Origin: an uncultured delta proteobacterium
GTDB taxonomy: Bacteria; Myxococcota_A; UBA9160; UBA4427
DNA length: 64,000 nt
Assembly: GCA_963822965.1 (NCBI GenBank)
Contig: CAWGJT010000006.1
Location: 128,001 to 192,000, forward strand
Direction: 5' to 3'
Shown here: piece by piece, positions 1-11,553 of the stretch
Layout of the letters: every line of letters begins with the position of its first letter
Numbering within the stretch: the first letter of the stretch is position 1
The notes under the pieces: model-generated
What the model was told of the DNA's origin: nothing
The model's input: the letters and a program-made list of their open reading frames with translations, nothing else
Databases searched by the model: none
Position numbers and translations under genes: made by a program

Positions 1-948
1 GCCGAAGATCGCCGTCTTGACCAGCATCGAGTTCGCGATGCGGCGGGCCGCCGTCTCGGCCTGCGCGTCGCTGCGCGCCCCTTCCACGCGCACGGTGACG
101 AGCTTCGTGGCGCCCTCGCCGTCCCGGGCCAGGTCCCGGGCCAGGTCGCTCGCACACCTCGTGGACGGCCCGCCGGAAGGCGGCGGCCCCCGGGCTCGCG
201 GGCCCCGTGAGACGGCGATTGCCCGCCGCGCCGTTGGCGAGCAGCAGCACGGTGTCGCTGGTGGACGTCTCGCCGTCGACGGTCACCCGGTTGAAGCGTG
301 TCGTCCGCCGCCTCGCGCAGGAGGCGCTGCAGGAAGCCGCGCGAGCGACGGCGGCGTCGGTCACCAGGAACGAGAGCATCGTGGCCATGTTCGGCTCGAT
401 CATCCCGGATCCCTTGGCGATGCCCGCCACCGCGCACCGTGCCGCGCCCGAGCTTCACGGTGGTCACGGCCGTCTTGGCGAAGGTATCGGTGGTGCGGAT
501 CGCCTCGGCCGCCTCGCCCAGCCCGTCGTCGCCGAGCGCGTCGACGACGCGCGGAATTCCGGCACGCAGCTTCGCCATGGGCAGCGGCTCGCCGATCACG
601 CCCGTGGACGCGACGAAGACCTCCTCGACGGGACAGTCCAGGGCCTTCGCGGTGATCGCGGCCATGCGGCGGGCGTCGCGGCGCCCGCGCTCGCCCATGG
701 CGACGTTCGAGACCCCGCTGTTGACGACGACGGCGCGCGCCGAGCCGCCGCGCAGACGCTCCCGACACCACTCCACGGGCGCGCTCGGCGACCGTCGAGC
801 GCGTGAAGACGCCGGCCACCGTCGCCGGCCGATCGCTGGCGATCAGCGCCAGGTCCCGCGCCCTCGTCTTGATGCCGCAATGCAGGCCCGCCGCCCGGAA
901 GCCGGTCACCCGAAGCAGCCCGCCTCCACGAGCGTCGCGCGCGGCCAT
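1..948 (-). CDS. argJ: Bifunctional ornithine acetyltransferase/N-acetylglutamate synthase ArgJ (3' end off window; frameshifted)
   Basis: Minus-strand translation gives [47 protein letters not shown] (~375-430) and [27 protein letters not shown], in different frames. ATG at 948, just after the secA stop. Confidence 0.9.
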
Positions 949-952
949 TCGC

Positions 953-3709
<2,757 letters not shown>

Positions 3710-3745
3710 GGGACGATCCCGCGGGCCGGGGGGAGAGGAGCGACG

Positions 3746-3775
3746 AGTTTAGGAGAGGCCCCGACAGGGGGGCAA
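3746..3775 (-). promoter_or_regulatory. Putative sigma70 promoter of secA
   Basis: Minus strand TTGCCC-N18-TAAACT, ~36 nt upstream of the secA ATG. Confidence 0.5.
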
Positions 3776-3876
3776 TCACGTCGCGCGAGCACCCGCGCGG
3801 TGCGACGCGGCCGGGGCGCCGGGAGCTCCGGGCCGGGCGTCCGGGCGGCGCCTCGGCGGCGCCCTTCGGGCCGGGA

Positions 3877-4909
3877 TCAGTCGAAGATGTAGTCGAGGGG
3901 GTCGCGCGACTTGCCGTTCACCTGGATCGCGTAGTGGAGGTGCGGGCCCGTGCTGCGGCCGGTGCTGCCGATGGCGGCGATCTTCTGGCCCCGATCGACC
4001 GTGTCACCGACCTTCACGTAGATCTCCTTCGTGTGCCCGTAGAAGGTCTTGACGCCGAAGCCGTGGTCGATGGTCAGGCTGTTGCCGAGCGGGCCCCGGT
4101 GGTCGATCGAGGCGACGCGACCGCGCGCCGGCGACGTGATCAGCGGTGCCCTCGCGGGCGGCGATGTCGATGCCGGCGTGCATCTGGCGGCGGCCCGTGA
4201 ACGGCGAGATGCGCGCGCCGAAGCGCGAGGTGAGCCAGCCCTTCGCGGGCCAGACCGACGGCATGGAGACCAGGCGGGTGCGCTTGTCCTCGAGGGCCTT
4301 CACGAGCAGCCCGAGCGACTCGGTGCGCCCGCCGGCGCGCGCGGCCACCTGCCCGGCCGTATCGGCGAGGTTGCTGATGTGACGGGCGCCGAGGCTCGTC
4401 AGCCCTTCGCGCGCCTGGCCCTCGGGACCCAGGGGATCCTCGGGGCCGCCCATCCCCGTCTCGGGGAAGTTCTGGCCGACGGGACCGCGATCCACCGGCA
4501 CCCCGGCCGGCGGCATCACCTCCATGTCGCCCTCCTCCTCCTTGGAGGCATCGAAGGCGGGCACGAGCTCCGTGACCTCCTCGCCGCCGACGCCGGCCGC
4601 GCCGGGCAGGTTGGCGATGATGCGCACCTTGCGCTCGAGCTCGCGCACCTCGTCGAGCTGGTTCTCGGCAGCCAGCAGCGTCTTCTCGAAGCTGTCGATC
4701 TGCTCCCGCTGCTCGGCGACCTCGACCCGCAGCGACCCGAGCTCGGAATTGTCCGCGCGCACCCGCACGTAGTCCCACAAGCCTCCTGCGAGGATGGCGA
4801 CCGCGACGCCAACCCCGATCAAGGCCTTCCGCACCGTCGCCTTCGCGATCTGGAATCGCTTGACCGGCGATCGAGCATCGACGACGAGCATGATCGTGTA
4901 GTGTTCCAT
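3877..4909 (-). CDS. M23 family metallopeptidase with N-terminal membrane anchor and coiled coil (one frameshift near 4140)
   Basis: [27 protein letters not shown], then in another frame [26 protein letters not shown]. Position upstream of secA is typical for this gene. Confidence 0.9.
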
Positions 4910-4976
4910 CTCACCTCTCCCGACGGCTCCCGTCCGTCGTTCCCTTACCCCTCTATACCCCTCGCTCCACCCGGCC

Positions 4977-5399
4977 CTACCCGGGCACCGTCACACCCAG
5001 CGTCAGCTTGCCCATCTGGATGACGTCATCGTTCTTGAGGCGCATGCGCTCCGCCCGTGCGCCGTTCACCGTCGTTCCGTTCGTGCTCCCCAGGTCCTGC
5101 ACGAAGAAGCCCTCCGCATCGAAGCCGACCGCCGCGTGCGACCGCGAGATCGTGGGCTCGGCGATCACCAGGTCGGCACCCCGACCGCGTCCGATCACCA
5201 GCCAGTCCCGGTCGATGCACACCTCCAGGCCCTCGTAGAAGCCGCTCTTCACCAGCACCGTCGCGCCCGGCGGAACCACCGTCCCGGCAGAGCGCTTCGC
5301 CTTTCGGGGGCTCACCGCAAAACTCCCGTCATGCAACCCCCATCGCCTTCCCGGCGAGGGACGCCGGCGATGCGCGTCACCTTTGCGCCCCCGGCTCAT
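4977..5399 (-). CDS. FHA domain protein
   Basis: IGRG..ADL....ISRSHA....VQDLGSTNGTTVNG..LKNDDVIQMG FHA signature. ATG 5399 preceded by GAGGA. Confidence 0.85.
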   Translation of the reverse strand: MSRGRKGDAHRRRPSPGRRWGLHDGSFAVSPRKAKRSAGTVVPPGATVLVKSGFYEGLEVCIDRDWLVIGRGRGADLVIAEPTISRSHAAVGFDAEGFFVQDLGSTNGTTVNGARAERMRLKNDDVIQMGKLTLGVTVPG

Positions 5400-5412
5400 G
5401 TCCTCTGCGGTC

Positions 5413-5440
5413 TGATCGGAACCGCCCGCGCGTCGCTTGA
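5413..5440 (-). promoter_or_regulatory. Putative sigma28 (FliA-type) promoter of the FHA gene
   Basis: Minus strand TCAAG-N15-TCCGATCA. Confidence 0.5.
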
Positions 5441-5502
5441 ACGGGAAGTGATGGGAAGCCGCCAGCGGGCTCCTGGAGGCGGCCGGGCGGCCGCCGGAGG
5501 TC

Positions 5503-7215
5503 TCAGGGGGTCCCGGCGGGGGCGCGAGCCCCCAGCAGCTCCAGTGCATGTAGACGGGTTGCGTCCGTGACGGATTCGCCGCCGGCCATGCGGGCGATCT
5601 CCTCCACCCGCGCCTCGCCCTCCACCCGCTCCACCCGGGCGAGGGTCTGCCCCCCGTGCTCCGCCTTGCTCACACGAAAGTGTACATCTCCCAGGGCCGC
5701 GATCTGGGGCAGGTGCGTGATGCACAGGACCTGGTGATGGCGGGAGAGCTCGGCGAGGGCGCGGCCCACGCGCTCGGCGACCCGCCCGCCGATGCCCGCG
5801 TCCACCTCGTCGAACACGAGCACCATGCCGGCTCCGGAACGGCGCAGGGCGTTACGCACCGCCAGGAAGACACGGGAGAGCTCGCCGCCCGAGGCGACGA
5901 GGCGCAGCGCCCGGGCGGGCTCGCCCGCATTGGCCGAGAAGCGGAACTCCACGCGCTCGCTGCCGCTGGGACCACAGGGGAGCCCTGCCGGTGCCGGCAA
6001 CGCCTCGAGGTGTACGTCGAAGCGCGCACCGGGCATGGCCAGGGCGTCGAGGGACTGCTCGACGAGCCGGGCGAGCTTCCGCGCGCTCTTGCGCCGTCCC
6101 GCGCCGAGGCGCTCCGCGGCCCGCGCGAGCTCGGCGACCCGCGTCTCCCGCTGCTCCGCCAGCTGCTCGATGCGGGCGTCGGCGCCCTGGGCGGCCTCGA
6201 GCTCTTCGGCGGCCCGCGCCCGGAAGGCCTCGATCTCAGCCTCCGTGGCGCCGTACTTGCGCTGCAGCCGGCCGATCTCCGCCAGGCGGTCCTCCACCTG
6301 GGCGAGCCGCTCCGGGTCGGCGTCGATGCGACCGAGATAGCGCTCGAGATCCCGTCCGATCTCGAACAGCTCGGCCTCCTGGGCCCGCACGCGCTCCGCC
6401 ATCCCTTCGAGCCCCGGGTCGAGGGCGGCCAGGCCGTCCAGCAGCCGCGCCGCCTCCGCCACGCGATCGACGGCGTTGGGCAGCTCGTCCGCCGCGTCTC
6501 CGGACCCGACCAGCGCCGCACAGGCGCCGCCGCCCTCGGCCTGCAGCCGGTCCGCGTGGGCGAGACGCGCATGGGCGGCGTCGAGCTCCTCGATCTCGCC
6601 CGGCGCGAGGCCCACGTCTTCGATCTCGCGGACCTGGAACGCGAGGAAGTCCTGCCGGCGGGCACGCTCCTCGGCCTGCGCCCGCAGGTCCTCGAGCTCG
6701 CGATCGAGGGCGCGCAGGGCGGAGACACCCGTCTCCACCTGCTCGCGCAGGTCGAGCAGCCCGCCGGACTCGTCGAGCAGCCGGCCCTGCACGTCTGGGC
6801 GCAGCAGGGTCTGGGAGCTGTGCTGGCTCGAGATCTCGATCCGGTCGGCGAACAGCTCCGCCAGGGTCGCCGTGGGCACCAGCTCGCCGCCGACGCGCAC
6901 TCGCCCGCGACCGCCGCGCGAGAAGGATCGCTGCACGATCAGCTCGTGGCCTTCCCCCGCGATCTCGCGCCGGGCGAGCTCCGCCTCGAGGTCTGGCCAG
7001 CGGCGGGTGTCGATGACGGACTCCACCGCGGCGCGCTCGGCGCCCGTCCGCACTGCGTCCGGAGAGCCGCGGCCGCCGGCCAGCAGCGAGAGCGCCCCCA
7101 GCACGATGGACTTGCCCGTGCCGGTCTCGCCCGTGAGCACGTTGAGTCCGGGCCCCAGCTCGAGCTCGGCCTCCTCGACGATGACCCAGTTCTCGATGCG
7201 GAGCGACTCGATCAC
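5503..7215 (-). CDS. recN: DNA repair protein RecN
   Basis: GLNVLTGETGTGKS Walker A, ASGGELSRVFLA signature, LVFDEVDAGIGG Walker B, QVLCITHLPQIAA. Follows the NAD kinase gene. Confidence 0.97.
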   Translation of the reverse strand: MIESLRIENWVIVEEAELELGPGLNVLTGETGTGKSIVLGALSLLAGGRGSPDAVRTGAERAAVESVIDTRRWPDLEAELARREIAGEGHELIVQRSFSRGGRGRVRVGGELVPTATLAELFADRIEISSQHSSQTLLRPDVQGRLLDESGGLLDLREQVETGVSALRALDRELEDLRAQAEERARRQDFLAFQVREIEDVGLAPGEIEELDAAHARLAHADRLQAEGGGACAALVGSGDAADELPNAVDRVAEAARLLDGLAALDPGLEGMAERVRAQEAELFEIGRDLERYLGRIDADPERLAQVEDRLAEIGRLQRKYGATEAEIEAFRARAAEELEAAQGADARIEQLAEQRETRVAELARAAERLGAGRRKSARKLARLVEQSLDALAMPGARFDVHLEALPAPAGLPCGPSGSERVEFRFSANAGEPARALRLVASGGELSRVFLAVRNALRRSGAGMVLVFDEVDAGIGGRVAERVGRALAELSRHHQVLCITHLPQIAALGDVHFRVSKAEHGGQTLARVERVEGEARVEEIARMAGGESVTDATRLHALELLGARAPAGTP

Positions 7216-8070
7216 CGCTCGCCCCAGCGAAGCTTCGTCTGCAGGATCTCGAAGCGGCTCCGCAGGGGCGATGCGACGATGTCGACCGGGTGCGGCGAGC
7301 GCCGCATGGACACCCGGTCGCCATCCTCGAGCTCCATGCCCTCCTGGCCGTCGATGGTGATGGTGGCGTCGCCGCCCAGGGTGTGGACCCGCACCTCGAC
7401 CTCCGCATCCGCGGCCAGCACCAGCGGCCGCTGGGTGAGGGAGTGCGGACAGATCGGGGTCAGCACGATGGCCTCGAGGCCGGGCATCAGGAGCGGCCCG
7501 CCGGCCGAGAGCGAGTAGGCCGTGGAGCCGGTGGGCGTGGAGACGATGAGCCCGTCGGCATGGTACGTGGTGACCCGCTGCCCCGCCGCGAAGGTCTCCA
7601 GGTCGATGATGCGCGAGAGCGCCGTCTTGGTGATGACGGCGTCGTTCAGCGCCAGGAAGCGGCGGACGTCCTGGCCGTCGCGCCGGGCCTCCACCTCGAG
7701 GCGCATGCGCGAGACCATCTTCGCCCGCCCGTCGAGCACGAGCTCGAGCACCTCGAACATCTCCTCGGCGTTCACCTCGGTGAGGAACCCCAGGGTCCCG
7801 AGGTTCACGCCCAGGATGGGAACGCGGCGACTCCCGGCGGCCCGGGCGACGGACAGCAGCGTGCCGTCACCGCCCAGGGACACCAGCAGATCGGCCGCCG
7901 CCGCCAACACGACGGGCGGCTCGCCCGGCTGGCCGATGAGGCGCCCGCATTCCGGGTCGACCCGGGCGGCGATGCCCCGCTCCTCGAGCCACTTCACGAG
8001 CCCGCGAACGGTCTCGGCCGCCTGGGGCTGATCCTGGCTTGAGGCATACACCGACGGTCTGGATGGCCAC
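7212..8070 (-). CDS. nadK: NAD(+) kinase (frameshift near 5' end, ~8035)
   Basis: LGGDGTLL, GVNLGTLGFL, ALNDAVI, ADGLIVSTPTGSTAYSLSAGGP. Likely start GTG 8070 (MAIQTVGVCLK) lies in another frame. Confidence 0.95.
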
Positions 8071-8253
8071 GGCCGCGTTCCCTCGCTCTTCGGGCTCTCT
8101 CGGTGGGACTCGCCCGGGCTCGCTCGCACCGTCGCGCGGATCTTCCGCACGCGGCTCCGGCACCGGAGTCTCCCACTTGCGGGCGCCGGCCTCAACCGGC
8201 AAGCGCCCGGAAGCGCGGCCGCCGGCTGCCCGTCGGGCCCCTTGGTGGTCCAG

Positions 8254-8328
8254 CCGCTTCGCCTCGAGCCGTCGCGCCTCCGACCGTTCCGTGTCCGGCC
8301 GTTCCGTCTCCGGCCGTTCCGCCTCCGG
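8254..8328. repeat. Five tandem degenerate 15-bp repeats (CCGTTCCGYSTCCGG-like)
   Basis: CCGCTTCGCCTCGAG / CCGTCGCGCCTCCGA / CCGTTCCGTGTCCGG / CCGTTCCGTCTCCGG / CCGTTCCGCCTCCGG. Confidence 0.8.
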
Positions 8329-8347
8329 CCATTGCTAGCATCGTGCC

Positions 8348-9721
8348 ATGGCGGACGAATCGATGGATCTCTTTCCGGACCGTCCGAAGCGCCGCGTCGA
8401 TCCTCGCGCTCCCCTCGCCGACCGCATGCGACCGCGCAGCTTCGACGAGCTGCTGGGCCAGCCACACCTGACGGGGTCGGGGAGCGCCCTGCGTTCCCTG
8501 CTCGCCTCCGAGGAGCTTCCGTCCCTCATCCTGTGGGGCCCGCCCGGCAGCGGCAAGACCACGCTGGCCTGGCTCCTCGCCGACGCCCCGGGCTCGCGCA
8601 TGGAGCCCCTGTCGGCCGTCACGTCCGGCGTCAAGGAGATCCGCGAGGCGGTGGAGCGGGCGCGCCGCGTGGCGCTGCGGACGATCCTCTTCATCGACGA
8701 GATCCACCGGCTGAACCGTGCCCAGCAGGACGTGCTGCTGCCCCACGTGGAGGCCGGCACCGTCACCCTGATCGGCGCCACCACCGAGAACCCGTCGTTC
8801 ACCGTGAACGCCCCCCTGCTCTCGCGCTGCCGGGTGATCACCCTCGAGCCCCTGGACGACGAGGCCATCGCAAGGACCCTGGAGCGCGCCGTGGCCGACC
8901 CGGATCGCGGGCTCGGGCGCGGCGGCCTCGTCCTCGGCCCCGGCGTGGTCGGCGCCATCGTGCAGGCCGCGGAGGGAGACGCCCGGCGGGCCCTGGGTCT
9001 GCTCGAAGCCGCGGCGGCCGTTCACCGTCAGGGCGACACACCGGACGCGCCCCTGTCCCCCGAGACGGTGCGGCTGGCCGCAGGGCGCCGGCTGCTGCTG
9101 CACGACCGCGATCGCGAAGAGCACTTCAACGTCGTCTCCGCATTCATCAAGAGCCTGCGGGCGAGCGACCCGGATGCCTCCCTCTACTATCTGGCGCGCA
9201 TGCTCGAGGCGGGCGAAGACCCCCTCTACCCGGCGCGCCGGCTGGTGATCTTCGCATCCGAGGACGTGGGCAACGCCGACCCGGTGGCGCTCCAGGTCGC
9301 CACGTCCACCTACCTGGCGGTCGAGCGTATCGGCATGCCCGAGGGACGAATCCCCCTCGCCCAGGCGACGACCTACCTGGCCTGCGCGCCCAAGAGCAAC
9401 GCCTCGTACGCCGCGTTGGGGCGGGCCCAGGAGGCCCTGGCCGAGACGGGCTCGGCCCCCGTCCCGCTGCACCTGCGCAACGCCCCCACGCCGCTCTTGA
9501 AGGAGCTCGGCTACGGCGCCGCGTACCGCTATCCGCACGACGAGGACGATGCCTTCGTGGCGGCCGAGAACCTGCCGGACGCGCTGGCCGGACGGTGCTT
9601 CTACGAGCCCAGCGAGCGGGGCGCGGAGCGGGAGATCGGCGAGCGGCTGGCCCGCAACCGCGCGCGCCGCCAGGACGTCGCGAAGGGCTCGCCGGGCGGG
9701 GGGCACGGCGAGGCGTCCTGA
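8348..9721 (+). CDS. rarA: Replication-associated recombination protein A (RarA/MgsA AAA+ ATPase)
   Basis: PLADRMRP, LWGPPGSGKTT, LFIDEIHRLNRAQQD, IGATTENPSF, SAFIKSLRASDPDA, ASEDVGNADP, VPLHLRNAPT. Confidence 0.97.
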   Translation: MADESMDLFPDRPKRRVDPRAPLADRMRPRSFDELLGQPHLTGSGSALRSLLASEELPSLILWGPPGSGKTTLAWLLADAPGSRMEPLSAVTSGVKEIREAVERARRVALRTILFIDEIHRLNRAQQDVLLPHVEAGTVTLIGATTENPSFTVNAPLLSRCRVITLEPLDDEAIARTLERAVADPDRGLGRGGLVLGPGVVGAIVQAAEGDARRALGLLEAAAAVHRQGDTPDAPLSPETVRLAAGRRLLLHDRDREEHFNVVSAFIKSLRASDPDASLYYLARMLEAGEDPLYPARRLVIFASEDVGNADPVALQVATSTYLAVERIGMPEGRIPLAQATTYLACAPKSNASYAALGRAQEALAETGSAPVPLHLRNAPTPLLKELGYGAAYRYPHDEDDAFVAAENLPDALAGRCFYEPSERGAEREIGERLARNRARRQDVAKGSPGGGHGEAS

Positions 9722-9724
9722 AGC

Positions 9725-10660
9725 TCAGGCCGGGGGAACCTCGGCGAGCGCTGCCACCTCGACGCAGTTGCGGCCGCGCTCCTTCGCGCGGTAGAGGGCT
9801 ACGTCCGCCGCCGCCACCAGATCGTCGGGAGCCTTCATACCGGGGCCGAACCCCGCAATCCCGATGCTGATACGAGTCTCGATCGCCGCTCCGTCCGTCG
9901 ACTCGAACTGGGTCTGCTCCACCACCGAGCGCCAGCGCTCCGCCAGCAGCCGCGCACCCTCCAGCTCGCTCTGCGCGAGGATCACGATCACCTCCTCGCC
10001 CCCGTAGCGCCCGGCCACGTCCGTCGCGCGGAGCTCCGAGAGCAGCAGCGACGAGACGCCGCGCAGAACCGTGTCGCCGGCCGGGTGGCCGAAGGTGTCG
10101 TTGACCTGCTTGAAGTGATCGAGGTCCGCCATCATCACGGACAGGGGCGAGTGGTATCGCCGTGCGCGCAGGAACTCGATGGAGAGCACCTCCTGGGCGT
10201 ACCGTCGGGTGCGCAGGCCCGTCAGGCCGTCGGTGGTCGAGAGGCGGGCCAGGGTCTCGTTCTTGACGCGCAGCTCGTCCTGCAGCCGTTTCACCTTCAG
10301 GTGCAGCCGTAGACGCGCGGCGAGCTCGCCCGGATGGAAGGGCTTCACCACCAGGTCGGCGGCGCCGCCTTCCAACAGCCGGACCCGGCGATCGAGGTCC
10401 TGGGAGGCCGTCAGGAAGACGAAGGGCACGTTCCGGCAGGCGGGCGTCGCCTCCTTCACGAGCAGCAGCTTCTCGCCGTCGATCTCGGGCATCTCGAGGT
10501 CGCACAACACGACGTCCACCGGGTGGTTGAGCAGCAGCTTCAGCCCCTTCAGACCGTCTGCCGCCTCGAGCACCTGGTCGAAGACGCGAATCGGCTCCAC
10601 CGCGCGGATGATCTGCGCTCGGTGCACTGCCGAGTCATCGATGATGAGGAGCGTCGGCAC
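9725..10660 (-). CDS. Response regulator-diguanylate cyclase (REC + GGDEF)
   Basis: N-terminal REC domain (LIIDDS..LCDLEMP..KPF), TDGLTGL, DLDHFKQVNDTFGH.AGD, RATD I-site, RYGGEEV, ADVALYRAKERGRN. Confidence 0.93.
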   Translation of the reverse strand: MPTLLIIDDSAVHRAQIIRAVEPIRVFDQVLEAADGLKGLKLLLNHPVDVVLCDLEMPEIDGEKLLLVKEATPACRNVPFVFLTASQDLDRRVRLLEGGAADLVVKPFHPGELAARLRLHLKVKRLQDELRVKNETLARLSTTDGLTGLRTRRYAQEVLSIEFLRARRYHSPLSVMMADLDHFKQVNDTFGHPAGDTVLRGVSSLLLSELRATDVAGRYGGEEVIVILAQSELEGARLLAERWRSVVEQTQFESTDGAAIETRISIGIAGFGPGMKAPDDLVAAADVALYRAKERGRNCVEVAALAEVPPA

Positions 10661-10691
10661 CGCCCCCTCCTGCAGGGATTCGTCCCGAGGG

Positions 10692-10718
10692 GTATCGGCC
10701 GAACGCGCCCGGAGCTTG
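10692..10718 (-). promoter_or_regulatory. Putative sigma28 (FliA-type) promoter of the diguanylate cyclase gene
   Basis: Minus strand CAAG-N15-GCCGATAC, ~30 nt upstream of the start codon. Confidence 0.55.
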
Positions 10719-10840
10719 CACCCGGAGACGCAGTCGCGGGGGCCGGGCGCTCGATCGGGCCGGATCGTGACCGCGCCACCCGCAGCCCACCGGCAGCCGG
10801 GAACCTGCCCGGACCGTCATCCGGGCCGGGCCCGCCCGCT

Positions 10841-10900
10841 TCCGCCCTTCCCCGCCCTTCCCCGTCTCTCCCCGTCTTTCCCCGTCTTTCGCGTCCTTCC
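10841..10900. repeat. Tandem 10-bp pyrimidine-rich repeats (CCCGYCYYTC), 5-6 copies
   Basis: tccgcccttc cccgcccttc cccgtctctc cccgtctttc cccgtctttc gcgtccttcc. Confidence 0.8.
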
Positions 10901-10983
10901 CGGTCCGCCCCCGCCGGATCCGGCTCGGGGCTGCACTGGACGGTCCCGGGCCGCTTGCGGGCGCGGCCCGGGCCAGCCGTGTC

Positions 10984-11502
10984 TCACGACTTGATCGCGA
11001 TCGTCCGGGGCTTCGCGGCCTCGGACTTCGGGACCCGAATCGTGAGAACGCCGCTGCTGAACGACGCGTCGAGGTGCTCCTGGTCGGCGTCCGCCGGCAG
11101 CTGGAACGAGCGCGTGAAGGACCCGTAGCTGCGCTCGGTGTAGCGGCGCTGCTCCTTCTTCTCCTCGCGTTCGCTCTTCTTCTCTCCGCGGATCGTCAGC
11201 AGACCCTCATGGAGCTCGACGTGCACGTCGTCCTTCTTGCTCCCCGGCAGCTCGACGGTGATCGTGTACTCGTTCTCGCCGTCGGCGACGTCCATGGCGG
11301 GCAGCCACGCTCGGGTCTGGATCGACTGGGGCCACTCGCGAACGAGCTCGTCCATCAGCCGCGGGAAGCGGCCGGAGAAGAGCCCCTCGTCCAGCAGGCT
11401 CGGCCACGACCCCAGCTCGGCGAAGGGTCGCCAGGGTGCCAGCGCCCGGGCCTCGCCGCCCTCTCGCCCCTCTCGCTTCGCCTTTTCCGCCTTGTCACCC
11501 AT
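10984..11502 (-). CDS. Hsp20/alpha-crystallin small heat-shock protein
   Basis: WLPAMDV..YTITVELPG..DVHVEL..LTIRGEK..ERSYGSFTRSFQLP..ASFSSGVLTIRVPK. Strong GAGGAGG RBS. Confidence 0.95.
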   Translation of the reverse strand: MGDKAEKAKREGREGGEARALAPWRPFAELGSWPSLLDEGLFSGRFPRLMDELVREWPQSIQTRAWLPAMDVADGENEYTITVELPGSKKDDVHVELHEGLLTIRGEKKSEREEKKEQRRYTERSYGSFTRSFQLPADADQEHLDASFSSGVLTIRVPKSEAAKPRTIAIKS

Positions 11503-11553
11503 CTTCCGTCCTCCTCCTCATTCTCGTTGCTTCGACTGTCCCCGCGGCGGCCC

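Noticed and set aside
8254..8328. Mini CRISPR array
   Set aside because: Units are 15 bp and directly adjacent with no unique spacers. No cas genes in the window.
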